A stretch of 64,000 nt of DNA from Candidatus Marinacidobacterales bacterium (GTDB lineage Bacteria; Acidobacteriota; Vicinamibacteria; Marinacidobacterales; DATDRI01), in NCBI GenBank assembly GCA_965219415.1, contig CBDCNP010000002.1:4864001-4928000 (forward strand), given 5' to 3'. The translations under genes and the position numbers were made by a program. The notes under the pieces are model-generated. The model made no database searches. It was not told the DNA's origin and saw nothing but the letters and a program-made list of their open reading frames with translations. Shown here one piece after another: positions 1-8,672 of the stretch. How positions within the stretch are numbered: the stretch's first letter is position 1; each line of letters begins with the position of its first letter.

Positions 1-368
1 CCGACCGAGTGTATTGGAATAGCAAGCGGCCCCCGGAAATCATGAAGCTTGTTGATGACGTGTGGCAAGCGATCAAACCGCTCTACAGCGAGCATCACAG
101 TCTGAACTACAAGAAATCCTTTATCGGGCTGACCGATGGTTTTCGACCTCGTAATTCTGTCGTGTTCCGCCCAGAAAAAAGGCATTTGTGGTTTGCAGTC
201 CGGTTGAAGCACAAAAATGCGTTTGACGATTCGTTGGCGGAAGCTGGCATCGAATCCAAGAAAGGGAAATGGCGGCTCTCGGTGAAGCTGTTACCCGATG
301 CGTTCGATGGATCCGTGAGTGACGTCGTTCGGAAAATAGCCGAGCAAGCCATAAAGGATCATGGCTGA
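1..368 (+). CDS. C-terminal part of a conserved hypothetical protein (possibly the C-terminal domain of a nuclease-like protein); 5' end probably outside the window
   Basis: ORF 9..368 with natural globular composition (LNYKKSFIGL...NSVVFRPEKRHLWFAVRL). Family assignment is recollection only. Confidence 0.5.
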   Translation, partial: DRVYWNSKRPPEIMKLVDDVWQAIKPLYSEHHSLNYKKSFIGLTDGFRPRNSVVFRPEKRHLWFAVRLKHKNAFDDSLAEAGIESKKGKWRLSVKLLPDAFDGSVSDVVRKIAEQAIKDHG

Positions 369-590
369 CCTAGACGAGGGCGACGTCGAGTCGTGATGAA
401 CGAGGCGAACCGGAGAGCATGGCTTCGCGTCTCCGTAATCTCGTCGCTTCATATTTACCCATCTTTCCGCTGCTTCCGTACCGAACAAGCCTGCTTAGTT
501 CTTCGAGGAGCGAAGCCGGTAGATTTTGCGGGGTGCGCCAGTAACCCATCACTCTAGGCAGGAGGTCTGCTGCGTCATCACGGGCCTCCC

Positions 591-737
591 CGTCCTGTGC
601 CAAAACTCGGCCCTTTTGAAATAGACCACAAATCAGCAGCTTAGACGCTCTTGGAATCCGCGCAGAATCCAGGGTATTTCGCGCCGCAGGGCTGACTTCC
701 GACCCATGGGCTGGCGGATGAATAAATAGAAGGCACA
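591..737. mobile_element. 147-bp hybrid-ended MITE (end A CGTCCTGTGCCAAAACTCGG; end B ...GGATGAATAAATAGAAGGCACA)
   Basis: Near-identical reverse-complement copies at 15624-15770 and 15774-15921. End B is the left terminus of the integrase-core element at 50439. Confidence 0.85.
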
Positions 738-1153
738 CGCATGAGTATTTTGACCTCACGGGTGGATCGGCAGCTGCCGCCGCGAGCTCCTTGAGCACGT
801 CGTGGTTCTCGGTGCATGTCATCTCATCCGGCTCGTGCGAGCTTACATCAGCTACTATCACGAGGACCGTTGCCACTTGGGACTGAACAAGGATACACCG
901 AGCTTGAGAGCGGTCACGCACCGACCGTCTCCTACGGCGAAAGTCGTCGCACTGCCGCGAGTCGGTGGACTGCACCATCGATACGAGTGGCGAGAGGCGG
1001 CCTGAGTCAGCTTGGTCGCTCGCGTTACTCGGCTGGTCGCCGAGAAGTTCGTCCTCAGCACTTTTCCTCGCGCGCTGACCACGCTCTCCAGCATGTGCTC
1101 GAGGGCGCTCCGGGCCCTAGAGTCCAGTCCCGGATTAATAATGATGATGGACA
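738..1153 (+). mobile_element. F-type end (738-760) fused to the 3' fragment of integrase-core element X
   Basis: 761-1153 matches ~42673-43064 (…GGLHHRYEWREAA*, terminus ATTAATAATGATGATGGACA). Confidence 0.85.
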
Positions 1154-1363
1154 GCCGCCATAGGGTTCACGTACCAAGTCGAGTAGCCTTAGCACCGGCG
1201 AAGTTGGGTCGAGCCAGTCGTCGAAACGGTCGGGAGCGATGATTGCGGGCTGTCGATGGTGAATGTCGGCAAGCTCTGGAGAGGCCGTCGTCGTGATGAT
1301 GGTGAAGGATTCGAGGGAGTTGTTGCCCTTGCCCTGACCTTACCGTCCGGCTGCGCGCTCGAA
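1154..1363 (-). pseudogene. Internal fragment of an SOS response-associated peptidase (SRAP/YedK-like)
   Basis: Minus-strand translation ESFTIITTTASPELADIHHRQPAIIAPDRFDDWLDP resembles the SRAP TIIT..IHxRxP motif. Bounded by element ends on both sides. Confidence 0.6.
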
Positions 1364-1486
1364 GGTGCTTCCGCAGTCAAGTGTTGGTGGCCGCCGGGTA
1401 ACCTGTTCGTGTGCTAGAGTTACGCCTGATTTCGAGAGGCGTGGTTTTTCGTCGATGCCGACTGGGCCGAGTTTTGGCACAGGACG
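1364..1486. mobile_element. IS1-type left-end remnant joined to an A-type end
   Basis: Starts GGTGCTTCCGCAGTCAAGTGTTGG (compare 48359) and ends GAGTTTTGGCACAGGACG. Confidence 0.75.
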
Positions 1487-1543
1487 GGGTATGATGCAGC
1501 AACTCCTCACCGGCCGAGTGCGGCTGGTTCAATCGGAGTAGAC

Positions 1544-2026
1544 ATGGCGGTCACCTACCTGGACCAAGAAGTCGAGTCGTTGGTACAGGAGCGCAAACCC
1601 CTGCCCGCCGATTGGCATAGCCGGATTCGCCTGAAATCCAAGCGCGGACATCAAGAACAGCAACTGGATCTGACGGGTGAGGCTGGGAGCGAATTCCGCC
1701 TTATCCTCAGACAAAACAAGATCAATTTGCTCGATTTCTCAATCATCCTGGCTGTTCGAGCTCCCCAGTCGAATCAGATTTTTCGCCTCCGGCGCTACAA
1801 CGGCAGGAGCCATCAACACACCAACCACATCGAAGACGTGACGTTCTACGACTTTCACATTCACGTCGCAACGGAGCAGTATCAAGAGATCGGAACGCGA
1901 GAGGATGCTTACGCGGAGCCGACTGAGCGTTACGGAGACTTCCAGGGCGCCCTTCGCTGTCTGATCGAAGACGCGAATCTCGCTGTCCCGCCCGATCCGC
2001 AGATCGGCCTTTTCGAGGAGGTGTAA
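1544..2026 (+). CDS. Hypothetical protein, DUF6978-like (His-rich H-x-N...H-I-H motif)
   Basis: 160 aa, RBS GGAG upstream, motif RRYNGRSHQHTNHIE...FHIH; 3 bp from the next gene. Confidence 0.7.
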   Translation: MAVTYLDQEVESLVQERKPLPADWHSRIRLKSKRGHQEQQLDLTGEAGSEFRLILRQNKINLLDFSIILAVRAPQSNQIFRLRRYNGRSHQHTNHIEDVTFYDFHIHVATEQYQEIGTREDAYAEPTERYGDFQGALRCLIEDANLAVPPDPQIGLFEEV

Positions 2027-2029
2027 GCG

Positions 2030-2806
2030 ATGTCCATCGAGACCATGGAGCGAGATTTTCACCAGAAGGTTTCGGCAAAGGTTCGGCTGGCAACCGAGGG
2101 TATGGAACGCTTTCGCGTGTTTACGCCGTTTCTGTTCGACGACGGCGACCACCTTGTCATTGTTCTGAAGAAGGAAGGAGCACGGTGGGTGCTGTCCGAT
2201 GAGGCACACACGTACATGCACCTCACTTATGACATCGATGAGAAGGATCTTCATGGCGGAACGCGCCAGAAGATCATCTCGAACGCGCTTTCCACATTCC
2301 GAATCGAGGACCGCGATGGCGAGTTAGTGCTCGACGTGCCGGACGAGCGTTACGGTGACGCACTGTTTTCCTTTGTGCAGGCGCTGCTCAAGATCTCCGA
2401 CGTGTCGTACCTGTCGCGGGAACGGGTTCGGTCCACTTTCATGGACGATTTTCGGACGCTGTTGAGTGAAGCTGTCCCAGAAGAGCGCAGGAGCTTCGAC
2501 TGGAGCCATCCCGAACATGACCCCCGTGGGATGTACACCGTGGATTGCCGAATCAACGGCGTGTCCCGACCGCTTTTTGTTCACGCTCTTACCGGCGACG
2601 GCGGGACCCGCGATGCCACGATCGCGCTGCTTCAGTTCGAGAAGTGGGGGATTCGGTTCCGTTCACTGGCCATCTTCGAGGATCAGGAGTCGATCAATCG
2701 CAAGGTGTTGGCGCGCCTGAGCGACGTTTGCGAGAAGCAGTTCTCAAGCCTCACCGCAAACCGCGAGAGGATCGTGCACTTCCTGAATGAGAGCATCTCA
2801 GTATGA
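2030..2806 (+). CDS. DUF1828/DUF1829-like protein
   Basis: 258 aa, RBS GAGGAGG, N-terminal VFTPFLFDDGDHLVIVL...LSDEAHT typical of DUF1828; possible nuclease-like C-terminus (YTVDCRIN). Confidence 0.75.
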   Translation: MSIETMERDFHQKVSAKVRLATEGMERFRVFTPFLFDDGDHLVIVLKKEGARWVLSDEAHTYMHLTYDIDEKDLHGGTRQKIISNALSTFRIEDRDGELVLDVPDERYGDALFSFVQALLKISDVSYLSRERVRSTFMDDFRTLLSEAVPEERRSFDWSHPEHDPRGMYTVDCRINGVSRPLFVHALTGDGGTRDATIALLQFEKWGIRFRSLAIFEDQESINRKVLARLSDVCEKQFSSLTANRERIVHFLNESISV

Positions 2807-3002
2807 AATGGCGGAAGCACCGCACAGGACGACGTCGTCTACCATCGTCACGAGAGGAATCATCAAGGCAAGGAGAATCTGCTGCTGTTCCCAGCCAACG
2901 ACCAGTTACCTCAGTCCGACCGCAAGGTACGCTCCCGTGAACGGCTTGGCGGGTTGCTACGTTTCTACCGTTGGGAAGCCGCATGAGTAGTTTGACCTCA
3001 CG
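2807..3002 (+). mobile_element. IS1-type TIR remnant (2807-2821) plus 3' end of a third integrase-core element (Z)
   Basis: AATGGCGGAAGCACC, then a frame encoding HRERNHQGKENLLLFP...RERLGGLLRFYRWEAA* and terminus TTTGACCTCACG. Confidence 0.7.
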
Positions 3003-3387
3003 GGTTCCCCCGCTGATGCCCAGGGTGCCGATCTTGCTAATGATAAGGACACGCAACCGACGATTCTAGCTTCCAGTGGCGAACCAAGCGTAGACACGTC
3101 TAATCCGAAACGTCCCGGCGCGCGGGTCTTTGGTTCGTTTGTATTTTTGGACACGACGGGTACGCGCAGGGAAAAAGGACCGGTCGGCAGGAGTCAATCA
3201 GGGCGCCACGCATCCGGCTTAGACTTGCTCATAACAGAAACGACCTGAGAGACGAGCAACGAAGACGAAGAGTCGAGACCAAGGGAGGCAGAGTTGCTCC
3301 TCCCTGGCAAGAGCACTTGTTCCATGTTGATTTCCACGTCCACCTAGGTGAAATTGGAGGTGGGCATCGTTGGCCCGCTAGACGCTC

Positions 3388-3924
3388 ATGGTATCCCCGG
3401 ACCTGCAAGGCGCGAAGATAACTGGTATCTTTCCTGTCGCCGTCGGTAAGATTCTCTTGAGACCGTTCACACTTGCCGACCGCAGCGCCAAAAGTCGGCT
3501 AGACGCCGATCCAGATGTGATGAAGCACCTTGGCCAGGCCTCGTGCCTCGAGGTTGACATTACAGAGTTCCAACGGCAGGGGTACGGTCTCGTAGCAATC
3601 GAGGATAACGAAACCACAACGGTGGTCGGCTACGCGAAGCTCGAGTGTCCGAAGTGGGAGGAGAACCTAGGTCTGGAACTTGTCATCGCTATTGCGCCCG
3701 AAGTGCGCCGAAGAGGGATCGCACTAGAGGCGGCCCGAAAGCTCATCGCGATCGCGTGCGGACCACTTAAGCAGAGACAGGTCGTAGGTCGCGTCGCGCT
3801 CCGGAACAAAGCCAGTCGGTACCTCGTGACCAAGCTCGGCATGACGAGAGTGGGGCAGAGAGAAGATCATTTTGACGACGTACAACATATCTACGTGGTG
3901 TCATGCGGGCAGCAAGCCGTATAG
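3388..3924 (+). CDS. GNAT N-acetyltransferase (RimJ/RimL-like)
   Basis: LLRPFTLAD...DPDVMKHL, motif A PEVRRRGIALEAARKL, NKASRYLVTKLGM. Confidence 0.8.
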   Translation: MVSPDLQGAKITGIFPVAVGKILLRPFTLADRSAKSRLDADPDVMKHLGQASCLEVDITEFQRQGYGLVAIEDNETTTVVGYAKLECPKWEENLGLELVIAIAPEVRRRGIALEAARKLIAIACGPLKQRQVVGRVALRNKASRYLVTKLGMTRVGQREDHFDDVQHIYVVSCGQQAV

Positions 3925-4277
3925 GAATGTGAGGAAGCTATCACCGGAGCTGCGAACAAGGATGCGAGGAAGATGCTTTCGATGAAGCGAGCAAGTGAGG
4001 TGATAGCTGCGGTGAGAATCAGCGAGAAGGACCAACAGGACCTAGCCAGACTGCGGGCGATTCAGAAGGAGAAACGGCGCAAAGCTCAAAGAAAACGAAG
4101 GGCTGCTCAGAGTAAGACTTTGATATAGACCATAAATCAGCAGCTTAGATGCTTGCCTGCATGTGCGTTTGCCAACAGACCCTTTCTACTATCGCCGTGG
4201 GCAAGCTCTTGCGGTGGTTGCGCTTGTCGGTGTTGGGTTGGGCAGAGGAAGCGAAGCGATCGGAGTCCAACCCCGTC

Positions 4278-5044
4278 GGTGCTTCCGCAATCGAGTGTTG
4301 GTGGCTGCCGCGTAACCCGCTCGTGTGCTAGAGTTTGAGCCTGATTTCGAGAGACGCAGTTCTTTCGGCGATACGGGTTGGGCTGACCACACGGTGCGTG
4401 ACGTTCAGGGACACGTCCTGTCCAAAAACACAAACGCGTTGCCAAGCCCTTGATGGTTGCACTCTCCATCATAATGATAGATGAACTCGGCGCCGGCCCG
4501 GCGCGGGTCTTAGAGTTCGTTTGTATTTTTGGACACGACGGGCTTCCCGATGGTAGAAACGTAGCAACCCGCCAAGCCATTCACGGGAGCGCACCTTGCG
4601 CTCGGACTGAGGTAACTACTCGTTGCGCAGGAGCAACTCCTCGTCCACGGACCCTGAGATGTGGCTCACCATGGTATTCCAGTCCATCGCGACCCATTCC
4701 GCTGAACTGGGATACGTATCCGACCGCGATGGCGGATTCAAGCGATCTTTGGAAAGATGCAAACTGTTGACCCGCTGGGCGTTCGAATATTTTGACCAGA
4801 CGCGGTCACGCACCGACCGTCTCCTACGGCGAAAGTCGTTGCACTGCCGCGAGTCGGTGGATTGCACCATCGATACGAGTGGCGAGAGGCAGCCTGAGTC
4901 AGCTTGGTCGCTCGCGTTACTCGGCTGGTCGCCGAGAAGTTCGTCCTCAGCACCTTCCCTCGCGCGCTGACCACGCTCTCCAGCATGTGCTTGAGGGCAG
5001 TCCGGGCCTAGAGTCCAGTCCCGGACAAATAATGATGATGGACA
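4278..5044. mobile_element. Stack of element remnants: IS1-type left end (4278-4413), C+C MITE (4414-4540), internally deleted element Z (4541-4802, minus), element X 3' end (4803-5044)
   Basis: Each segment matches other copies in the window. The Z remnant encodes the N-terminus MDWNTMVSHISGSVDEELLLRNE* joined to its 3' tail. Confidence 0.8.
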
Positions 5045-5170
5045 GGTCATGATTCTGGAAAATGACACTCAAGAAGTGGCCTGACTCCACCAGATTTATG
5101 GATTGCCCATCGGTTATACCAAGCGGTTATATTCGACGGCTCCGTACCCAGTGGACTATTCTCGAGGGCA

Positions 5171-5473
5171 ATGAAATATCTCGGATTTGCCGCCGCCTTG
5201 ATTCTGCTGCTTGTGCACATCTGGTTCTGGGATGCTTCGCCGCCGACGGTCAACTGGAGCGGTCCGGTGTTTTTCGGAGAAGGCTCTGAGCTGGCGCTTA
5301 CCGTGCATGACGAGGGGAGAGGACTGCGTAGCATCTCGGTCGAGGTGAGGCAGCATGGAAACCTCGAGACTGTTTTCTCCCGTGCGTACCCCACGAGCAT
5401 CCAACTTGTCATTGCAGTCAGTGAGTACGACACTCGAAACAGCGGTAGACTGCGGGTTGTATTTAACGGTTAG
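5171..5473 (+). CDS. Short secreted or membrane-anchored protein, possibly a truncated N-terminus of an M23-peptidase-type protein
   Basis: Hydrophobic N-terminus followed by a beta-rich segment (DEGRGLRSISVEVRQ). Family call is weak recollection. Confidence 0.4.
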   Translation: MKYLGFAAALILLLVHIWFWDASPPTVNWSGPVFFGEGSELALTVHDEGRGLRSISVEVRQHGNLETVFSRAYPTSIQLVIAVSEYDTRNSGRLRVVFNG

Positions 5474-5493
5474 GCTGAGGGGGGAATCCATCA

Positions 5494-6861
5494 ATGGCGG
5501 AGTCTGTACCTTGCACGCCAGGAGGTCCTGGGGTCAGTATTTTGGAGTTTTGCTTCCAGGCAGACCCAATATTGGAGGGTGCAGTACTCGTCCTTGTTCC
5601 AATCTACGGATTCTTCCTGGTTGCCCTCACCGGGAAAAAATGGCGCGCTCTTATCCGAAACTGGCTCTACGATTCAACATGGAGCCGCGCCTATGCCGGT
5701 CTTCTTGAAGACCTCCTCGCCAAGCTCGATCGTTTCTTCGGCCCTCCGCGCGGCTGGCGCGCCTTCGAACTGTGCTTCGCCTTGGCGATGCTGTACGCCA
5801 TCGCATATCTGTTACTGCAGTACGTCTTGCGGCAAGCCGATCCAATACTGGTGCTCCCGATCGTCGCGATGGCGTGCACGGGTGTCGTCCTCGTTTTTCT
5901 CTTCATTCGGGTGAGGCAGCGGTGCGTGGCAGCGCGCCAAAGAGCGGCGTGGCGCCAGCGTCTCTGGTCACATCTAACAGAGCAAGGTACATACTGTGTT
6001 CTGGCTGTGTGCACGTACTTCGCCGCAAGCGTAGTCACAGATTTGGTCGTCGTGTTCGTCTTCACCAAAGGCGGAATACCAACATCCATAGTCGCAGTCG
6101 GAGTCATAGTAGGAGTCGTAGTCGCAGCCGCAGGTGCAAGCGCAGGTGCAGGTACATTTTCAGGCGTAGCCGCAGTCGCATTCGCACACATAGTTGACTT
6201 AGCCTCACCTGCAGGCATACCAATAAACGGAGACGCAGTCGAATTCGCAGTCGTGGTCTCTGTTCTGATTTTCGGTATCCCGCTACTCAACGCTCTGTTC
6301 GACTGGCCGTCCTGGTGGGTGAGCCGGTGGTTGATGGTTCGGCTGCGTGAGGATGCCTTGCGACGAGGAGTGTTCCGTCGCCTTGGTGCGGTTCTGGCGC
6401 ATATCGCGGCCGATTTCGTCCTAGCGCTCGCCTGCCTGTTCGGGCTCGCCATTGTCATTGCCAACATCGCGTTCGGCGTGGGCCTTCCCACGGTGTGGGA
6501 GGACGTGTACGGGGCCGCCAAATCGGCACCGTTCTCAGGGTATGGCTCTGCCATGACCGTCATGCTCGTGTCCACCCTTATCCCCACCGCCATACACTTG
6601 TTCTTCGCTGTCTTCGCGCTGGCCGTTCTGCGCCCGCCTTTCGCGACCCGCACGGCATTCTGGATGAAGGAAGACCAATTCGGCCGTGAGAAGGGCACAC
6701 AGGCGCTCGTAGCGCTTTATCTCACCGCCTGTGTCGGCTTCGCGCTACTGGTGCTGTGGGGGGCTGGGCGGCTGACCATCATGGGGTTGAACGGGTTCGT
6801 GGGCAGGGCCGGCATCTGGCGCTTGATCTTCGAGAGCGCGGACCGGTTCGTGATCTTCTGA
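5494..6861 (+). CDS. Polytopic membrane protein of unknown function
   Basis: 455 aa, many hydrophobic segments, RBS GAGGGGG, V/A/G low-complexity tract encoded at ~6085-6250. Confidence 0.75.
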   Translation: MAESVPCTPGGPGVSILEFCFQADPILEGAVLVLVPIYGFFLVALTGKKWRALIRNWLYDSTWSRAYAGLLEDLLAKLDRFFGPPRGWRAFELCFALAMLYAIAYLLLQYVLRQADPILVLPIVAMACTGVVLVFLFIRVRQRCVAARQRAAWRQRLWSHLTEQGTYCVLAVCTYFAASVVTDLVVVFVFTKGGIPTSIVAVGVIVGVVVAAAGASAGAGTFSGVAAVAFAHIVDLASPAGIPINGDAVEFAVVVSVLIFGIPLLNALFDWPSWWVSRWLMVRLREDALRRGVFRRLGAVLAHIAADFVLALACLFGLAIVIANIAFGVGLPTVWEDVYGAAKSAPFSGYGSAMTVMLVSTLIPTAIHLFFAVFALAVLRPPFATRTAFWMKEDQFGREKGTQALVALYLTACVGFALLVLWGAGRLTIMGLNGFVGRAGIWRLIFESADRFVIF

Positions 6862-6881
6862 CCGCGTTGTCCGCGAGTGGC

Positions 6882-7103
6882 TGTGCCTTCTATTTATTTA
6901 TCCGCGCGCACCAAACTTGAATAATCTCCTGTCTGCCAGCACCATGCCGGCATGATTTCGTCGTTGGTTCCCGCTCTCATCTCCGCCTTCAAGGCTCGTC
7001 GCGAGCTGGCTCTCGAGAATGTCGCTCTTCGGCAGCAGCTCGCCGTCCTCCGCCGTTCCGTGAAACGGCCACGGCTCTCGAATGTCGACCGCGTGTTTTG
7101 GGT
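6882..7103 (+). mobile_element. 5' fragment of integrase-core element Y, cut by element X
   Basis: Matches 50439-50660 (end B plus MISSLVPALISAFKARRELALEN...). Confidence 0.85.
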
Positions 7104-8370
7104 TGTCCATCATCATTATTAATTCGGGACCGCCCTCGAGCACATGCTGGAGCGCGTGGTCAGCGCGCGAGGGAAGGTGCTGAGGACGAACTTCTCGGCG
7201 ACCAGCCGAGTAACGCGAGCGACCAAGCTGACTCAGGCTGCCTCTCGCCACTCGTATCGATGGTGCAGTCCACCGACTCGCGGCAGTACGACGACTTTCG
7301 CCGTATGAGACGGTCGGTGCGTGACCGCTCTCAAGCTCGGTGTGTCCTTGTTCAGCCCCAAGTGGCAACGGTCCTCGTGATAGTAGCTGATGTAAGCTCG
7401 CACGAGCCGGATGAGATGACATGCGCCGAGAACCACGACGTGCTCAAAGAGCTCGCGACGGCAGCTGCCGACCCACCGCTCCGCGGTTCCGTTTTGCCAT
7501 GGGCTGCGAAACGAAGTGCGAACGGGTTTTGTGCCCGTTGCCTTGATGAACTCGATGACCGCAGCGTTAAAGATGAAGTCGCGATCGAAGATGAGATATT
7601 TCGGAGCGGTGTCGTAGGGAAACGCCTCACGCAGTTGCTGAATAACCCAAGCAGACGTCGGGTGGAACGTGGCGTTGAAGTGAACGATGTGCCGACGGCC
7701 GTGCTCGATGACAAAGAAGCCGTACAGCAGCCGGAGCGAAGCGGTGGGCACGGTGAACAGATCCATGGCGGCGATATCGTCTTTATGGTTGCGCAAGAAA
7801 GCCATCCATCGCTTCAGCTGGTCGGGCTCCGCAGGATGCCGCGGTAGGTATCGCGACACCGTAATCTCGGAGATGATGAAACCGAGCTTGGTGAGCTCAG
7901 CATGGATGCGTGGCGCCCCCCAGCCGTCTTGCGCCATCGTGCGGACGAGGCGGCGAATCTCGGCATCAATCCGAGGCCGACCGGGATGGCGGCGCTGCGA
8001 GATCTTTGCCCAGTACCGTCGGAATCGGTCGCGATGCCAACGGGCCACGGTGTCCGCGTGGACGATGAGCAGGCGGCTCGCCCACACGGGCCACGAACCT
8101 CGAAGAGCAACCCAGAAAGCCCGTTCCGTGTCTTCGAGTGGTGGGCGTGGGCGCTCTTTCTTCAGCGCCGTCACTTGCTGCCGCAAAGCGACGTTCTCCA
8201 ACACCAGGTCGGCGCGGCGCCGACACATCGCCCGAATGACACGGACGCCAAGTGAGACGAGGAAGACAACAACGTCGAGCATAGCGGTGGAGTTTCGCCG
8301 TCTTCGGCCCGGAATTCAAGCGGAGCGTAAGCCCTTGATTTCGTGGGCGGAGCAGTTTTGACGATGCACA
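7104..8370 (-). mobile_element. Integrase-core (rve/DDE, IS481-like) element X, copy 1
   Basis: TGT..ACA termini with imperfect IRs (TGTGCATCGTCAAAACT / TGTCCATCATCATTATT); near-identical to 41779-43064. Confidence 0.9.
7233..8282 (-). CDS. Integrase-core-domain DDE transposase
   Basis: 349 aa; WGAPRIHAEL HTH region; DDE triad in AMDLFTV / IFDRDFIF / NGTAERWVGSCRRE. Confidence 0.9.
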   Translation of the reverse strand: MLDVVVFLVSLGVRVIRAMCRRRADLVLENVALRQQVTALKKERPRPPLEDTERAFWVALRGSWPVWASRLLIVHADTVARWHRDRFRRYWAKISQRRHPGRPRIDAEIRRLVRTMAQDGWGAPRIHAELTKLGFIISEITVSRYLPRHPAEPDQLKRWMAFLRNHKDDIAAMDLFTVPTASLRLLYGFFVIEHGRRHIVHFNATFHPTSAWVIQQLREAFPYDTAPKYLIFDRDFIFNAAVIEFIKATGTKPVRTSFRSPWQNGTAERWVGSCRRELFEHVVVLGACHLIRLVRAYISYYHEDRCHLGLNKDTPSLRAVTHRPSHTAKVVVLPRVGGLHHRYEWREAA

Positions 8371-8523
8371 GTCTCTGAACGTCAGGCACCGTGTGGTCAG
8401 CCCAGCCCGCATCGCCGAAAGAACTGCGTCTCTCGAAATCAGGCTCAAACTCTAGCACACGAGCGGGTTACGTGGCAGCCACCAACACTTGATGGCGGAA
8501 GCACCCTTAATTGCGGAAGCACC
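8371..8523 (-). mobile_element. IS1-type left-end remnant with a tandem doubled TIR
   Basis: Reverse complement of 4278-4413; ends ...GATGGCGGAAGCACC followed directly by CTTAATTGCGGAAGCACC. Confidence 0.75.
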
Positions 8524-8672
8524 GCACTTTCGGGGTGTTGGACGTGGTAGACTCCTGCCCTCCAGAGGCCAAAGCGCCCAGTCCACCGCCAGGATAAACC
8601 AACGGAGACCAATTTTTGATGTCGGATCCGACCCACTCCCGGTTGTTCGTTGCGGGAGCTAAGGAGAGAACC

